Assembly: GCF_006345805.1 (NCBI RefSeq)
Contig: NW_021824281.1
Span: 1-19,359, forward strand
DNA length: 19,359 bases
Source of the DNA: Octopus sinensis
Taxonomy: Eukaryota
Direction of reading: 5' to 3'
The translations under genes and the position numbers were made by a program. The notes below the pieces were generated by a model, which did not search any database, was not told the origin of the DNA, and saw nothing but the letters and a program-made list of their open reading frames with translations. The stretch's first letter is position 1, and the number at the start of each line of letters is the position of its first letter. Positions 16,301 to 19,359 of this stretch are shown here, piece by piece.

Positions 16301-19300
16301 TATATACCTAGTAAGTCTGTAGCTTGTGCAGAGTCCGGTGCTCCCGTAGGTACATCAGAACAAGTTAAATACCTAGTAAGTCTGTAGCTTGTGCAGAATC
16401 CGGAGTTCCCGCAGGTACATCAGAGCAATGTAAATACCTAGTCAGTCTGTATCTTGTGCAGAGTCCGGTGCTCCCGTAGGTACATCAGAGCAAGGTAAAT
16501 ACCTCGTAAGTCTGTAGCTTGTGCAGAGTCCGGTGCTCCCGTATGTACATCAGAACAAGGTAAATAGCTAGTAAGTCTTTAGATTGTGTGCAGAGACCGG
16601 TGCTCCCGTAGGTACATCAGAACAAGGTAAATATCTAGTAAGCCTGTACCTTGTGAAGATCCGGTGCTCCCGTAGGTACATCAGAACAAGGTAAATACCT
16701 AGTAAACTGTATCTTGTGCAGAGACCGTTGCTCCCCTGAGGTACATCAGAAAAGGTAAATACCTAGTAAGTCTTTAGCTTGTGCAGAATCCGGTGCTCTC
16801 GTAGGTACATCAGAACAAGATAAATACCTAGTAAGTCTGTAGCTTTTGCAGAATCCGCTGCTCCCGTAGGTACATCAGAACAAGTAAATACCTAGTAAGT
16901 CTGTAGCTTGTGCAGAATCCGGTGTTCCCTTCGGTACATCAGAGCAAGGTAAATACCTAGTCAGTCTGTAGCTTGTGCAGAGTCCGGTGCTCCCGTAGGT
17001 ACATCAGAGCAAGGTAAATACCTAGTAAGTCTGTAGCTTTTGCAGAATCCGGTGCTCCCGTAGGTACATCAGAACAAGGTAAATACCTAGTAAGTCTGTA
17101 GCTTGTGCAGAGTCCGGTGCTCCCGTAGGTACATCAGAACAAGGTAAATACCTAGTAAGTCTGTAGCTTGTGCAGAATCCGGTGCTCCCGTAGGTACATC
17201 AGAACAAGGTAAATACCTAGTAAGTCTGTAGCTTGTGCAGAGTCCGGTGCTCCCGTATGTACATCAGAAAAAGGTAAATACCTAGTAAGTCTGTAGCTTG
17301 TGCAGAATCCGGTGCTCTCGTAGGTACATCAGAACAAGGTAAATACTTGTAAGTCTGTAGCTTGTGCAGAATCCGGTGCTCCCGTAGGTACATCAGAAAA
17401 AGGTAATACCTAGTAAGTCTGTAGCTTGTGCGAATCCGGTGCTCTCGTAGGTACCTCAGAACAAGGTAAATAACTAGTAGTCTGTAGCTTGTGCAAATCC
17501 GCTGCTTCCCGTAGGTAACATCAGAACAAGGTAAATACCTAGTAAGTCTGTAGCTTGTGCAGAGACCGGTGTGCTCCCGTAGGTACATCAGAACAGTAAA
17601 TAACCTTGTAAGTCTGTAGCTTGTGCAGAGTCCGGTGCCCCCATAGGTACATCAGAACAAGGTAAATACTAGTAAGTCTGTACCTTGTGCAGAGTCCGTT
17701 GCTCCCGTAGGTATATCAGAAAAGGTAAATACCTAGTAAGTATTTAGCTTGTGCAGAGTCCGATGCTCCCGTAGGTACATCAGAACAAGGTAAATACCTA
17801 GAAAATTTGTACCTAGTGCAGAGTCCGGTGCTCCCGTAGGTACATCAGAAAAAGGTAAATACCTAGTAAGTCTTTAGCTTGTGCAGAATCCGGTGCTATC
17901 GTAGGTACATCAGAACAAGGTAAATACCTGGTGAGTCTGTAGCTTGTGCAGAATCCGCTGCTCCCGTAGGTACATCAGAACATGGTAAATAACTCGTAAG
18001 TCTGTAGCTTGTGCAGAATCCGGTGCTCCTGTAGGTACATAAGAACAAGGTAAATACCTAGTAAGTCTGTAGCTTGTGCAGAATCCGCTGCTCCCGAAGG
18101 TACATCAGAACAAGGTAAATACCTAGTAAGTCTGTAGCTTGTGCAGAATCCGGTGTTCCCGTAGGTACATCAGAGCAAGGTAAATACCTAGTCAGTTTGT
18201 ATCTTGTGCAGAGTCCGGTGCTCCCGTATGTACATCAGAACAAGGTAAATAGCTAGTAACTCTGTAGCTTGTGCAGAGTCCGGTGCTCCCGTAGGTACAT
18301 CAGAACAAGGTAAATACCTAGTAAGTCTTTAGCTTGTGCGGAATCCGGTGCTCTCGTAGTACATCAGAACAAGGTAATCCTAGTAAGTCTGTAGCTTTGC
18401 AGAATCCGGTGCTCCCGTAGGTACATCAGAACAAGGTAAATAACCTAGTCAGTCTGTATCTTGTGCAGAGTCCGGTGCCCCCGTATGGTACCATCAGAAC
18501 AGGTAAATAGCTAGTAAGTTGTAGCTTGTGCAGAGTCCGGTGCTCCCGTAGGTACATCAGACAAGGTAAATAGCTAGTAAGTCTGTTAGATTGTGCAAGA
18601 TCCGGTGTGCTCCGTAGGTACATCAGAACAAGGTATATACCTAGTAAGTCTGTAGCTTGTGCAGAGTCCGGTGGCTCCCGTAGGTACATCAGAACAAGTT
18701 AAATACCTAGTAAGTCTGTAGCTTGTGCAGAATCGGAGTTCCCCCAGTTCCGCAGGTACATCAGAGCAATTGTAAATACCTAGTCAGTCTGTATCTTGTG
18801 CAGAGTCCGGTGCTCCCGTAGGTACATCGCAGCAAGGTAAATACCTTCGTAAGTCTGTAGCTTGTGGAGTCCGGTGCTCCCGTATGTACATCAGAACAAG
18901 TAAATAGCTAGTAATTCTTTAGATTGTGCAGAATCAGGTGCGCTCGTAGTACATCAGAACAAGGTATATACCTAGTAAGTCTAGCTTGTGCAGAGTCCGG
19001 TGCTCCCGTAGGTACATCAGAACAAGGTAAATACCTAGTAAGTCTGTACCTTGTGCATACGTCCGGTGCTCCCGTAGGTACATCAGAAAAGGGTAATACC
19101 TAGTAAGTCTTTAGCTTGTGCAGAATCCAGTGCTCTCGTAGGTACATCAGAACAAGGTAAATACCTAGTAAGTCTGTAGCTTGTGCAGAATCCGCTGCTC
19201 CCGTAGGTACATCAGAGCAAGGTAAATACCTAGTCAGTCTGTTATCTTGTGCAGAATCCGGTGTTCCCGTAGTACATCAGAACAAGGTAATACCTAGTAA

Positions 19301-19359
19301 GTCTGTAACTTGTGCAGAGTCCGGTGCCCCGTAGGTACATCAGAACAAGGTAATACCTA
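10301..19359. repeat. 65-bp tandem satellite, about 139 copies (consensus GGTGCTCCCGTAGGTACATCAGAACAAGGTAAATACCTAGTAAGTCTGTAGCTTGTGCAGA(A/G)TCC), open at the window end
   Basis: Period confirmed by eye (GGTAAATACC at 11041 and 11106). Head-to-tail with no spacers; recurrent diagnostic variants. Confidence 0.98.

Noticed and set aside
10660-18689. Minus-strand 60-123 aa ORFs
   Set aside because: They are three-unit (195-nt) rotations of the 65-mer between periodic stops.

Overview
Repeat-dominated eukaryotic (animal) window with no credible intact protein-coding or RNA gene; every long ORF in the track is a by-product of tandem or simple repeats. Left to right: a 34-bp satellite (1-~3095), a 15-bp G-rich minisatellite (3096-3453), a short degenerate TTAGGG tract (3454-3541), a ~6.4-kb patchwork of duplicated blocks (3542-9974), a second TTAGGG tract (9975-10300), and a 65-bp satellite running off the window end (10301-19359). 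The patchwork holds tRNA/CORE-type SINE fragments that match, from memory, the abundant octopus SINE (so probably an octopod cephalopod; not database-checked), a palindromic AGGGAAGTAACT...AGTTATCTCCCT motif family, a decayed Penelope-like reverse-transcriptase fragment and a four-copy exon-like module. Both telomeric tracts have the G-rich strand on +, and paralogous copies inside the window let their junctions be read base by base. Each inner junction lies at a SINE 3' tail, next to a small deletion, where the paralog instead carries the palindromic motif cluster. The most interesting reading is a subtelomere recording repeated rounds of end-healing and re-extension. Indels increase after ~16.5 kb, so fine detail there may be sequencing or assembly error.
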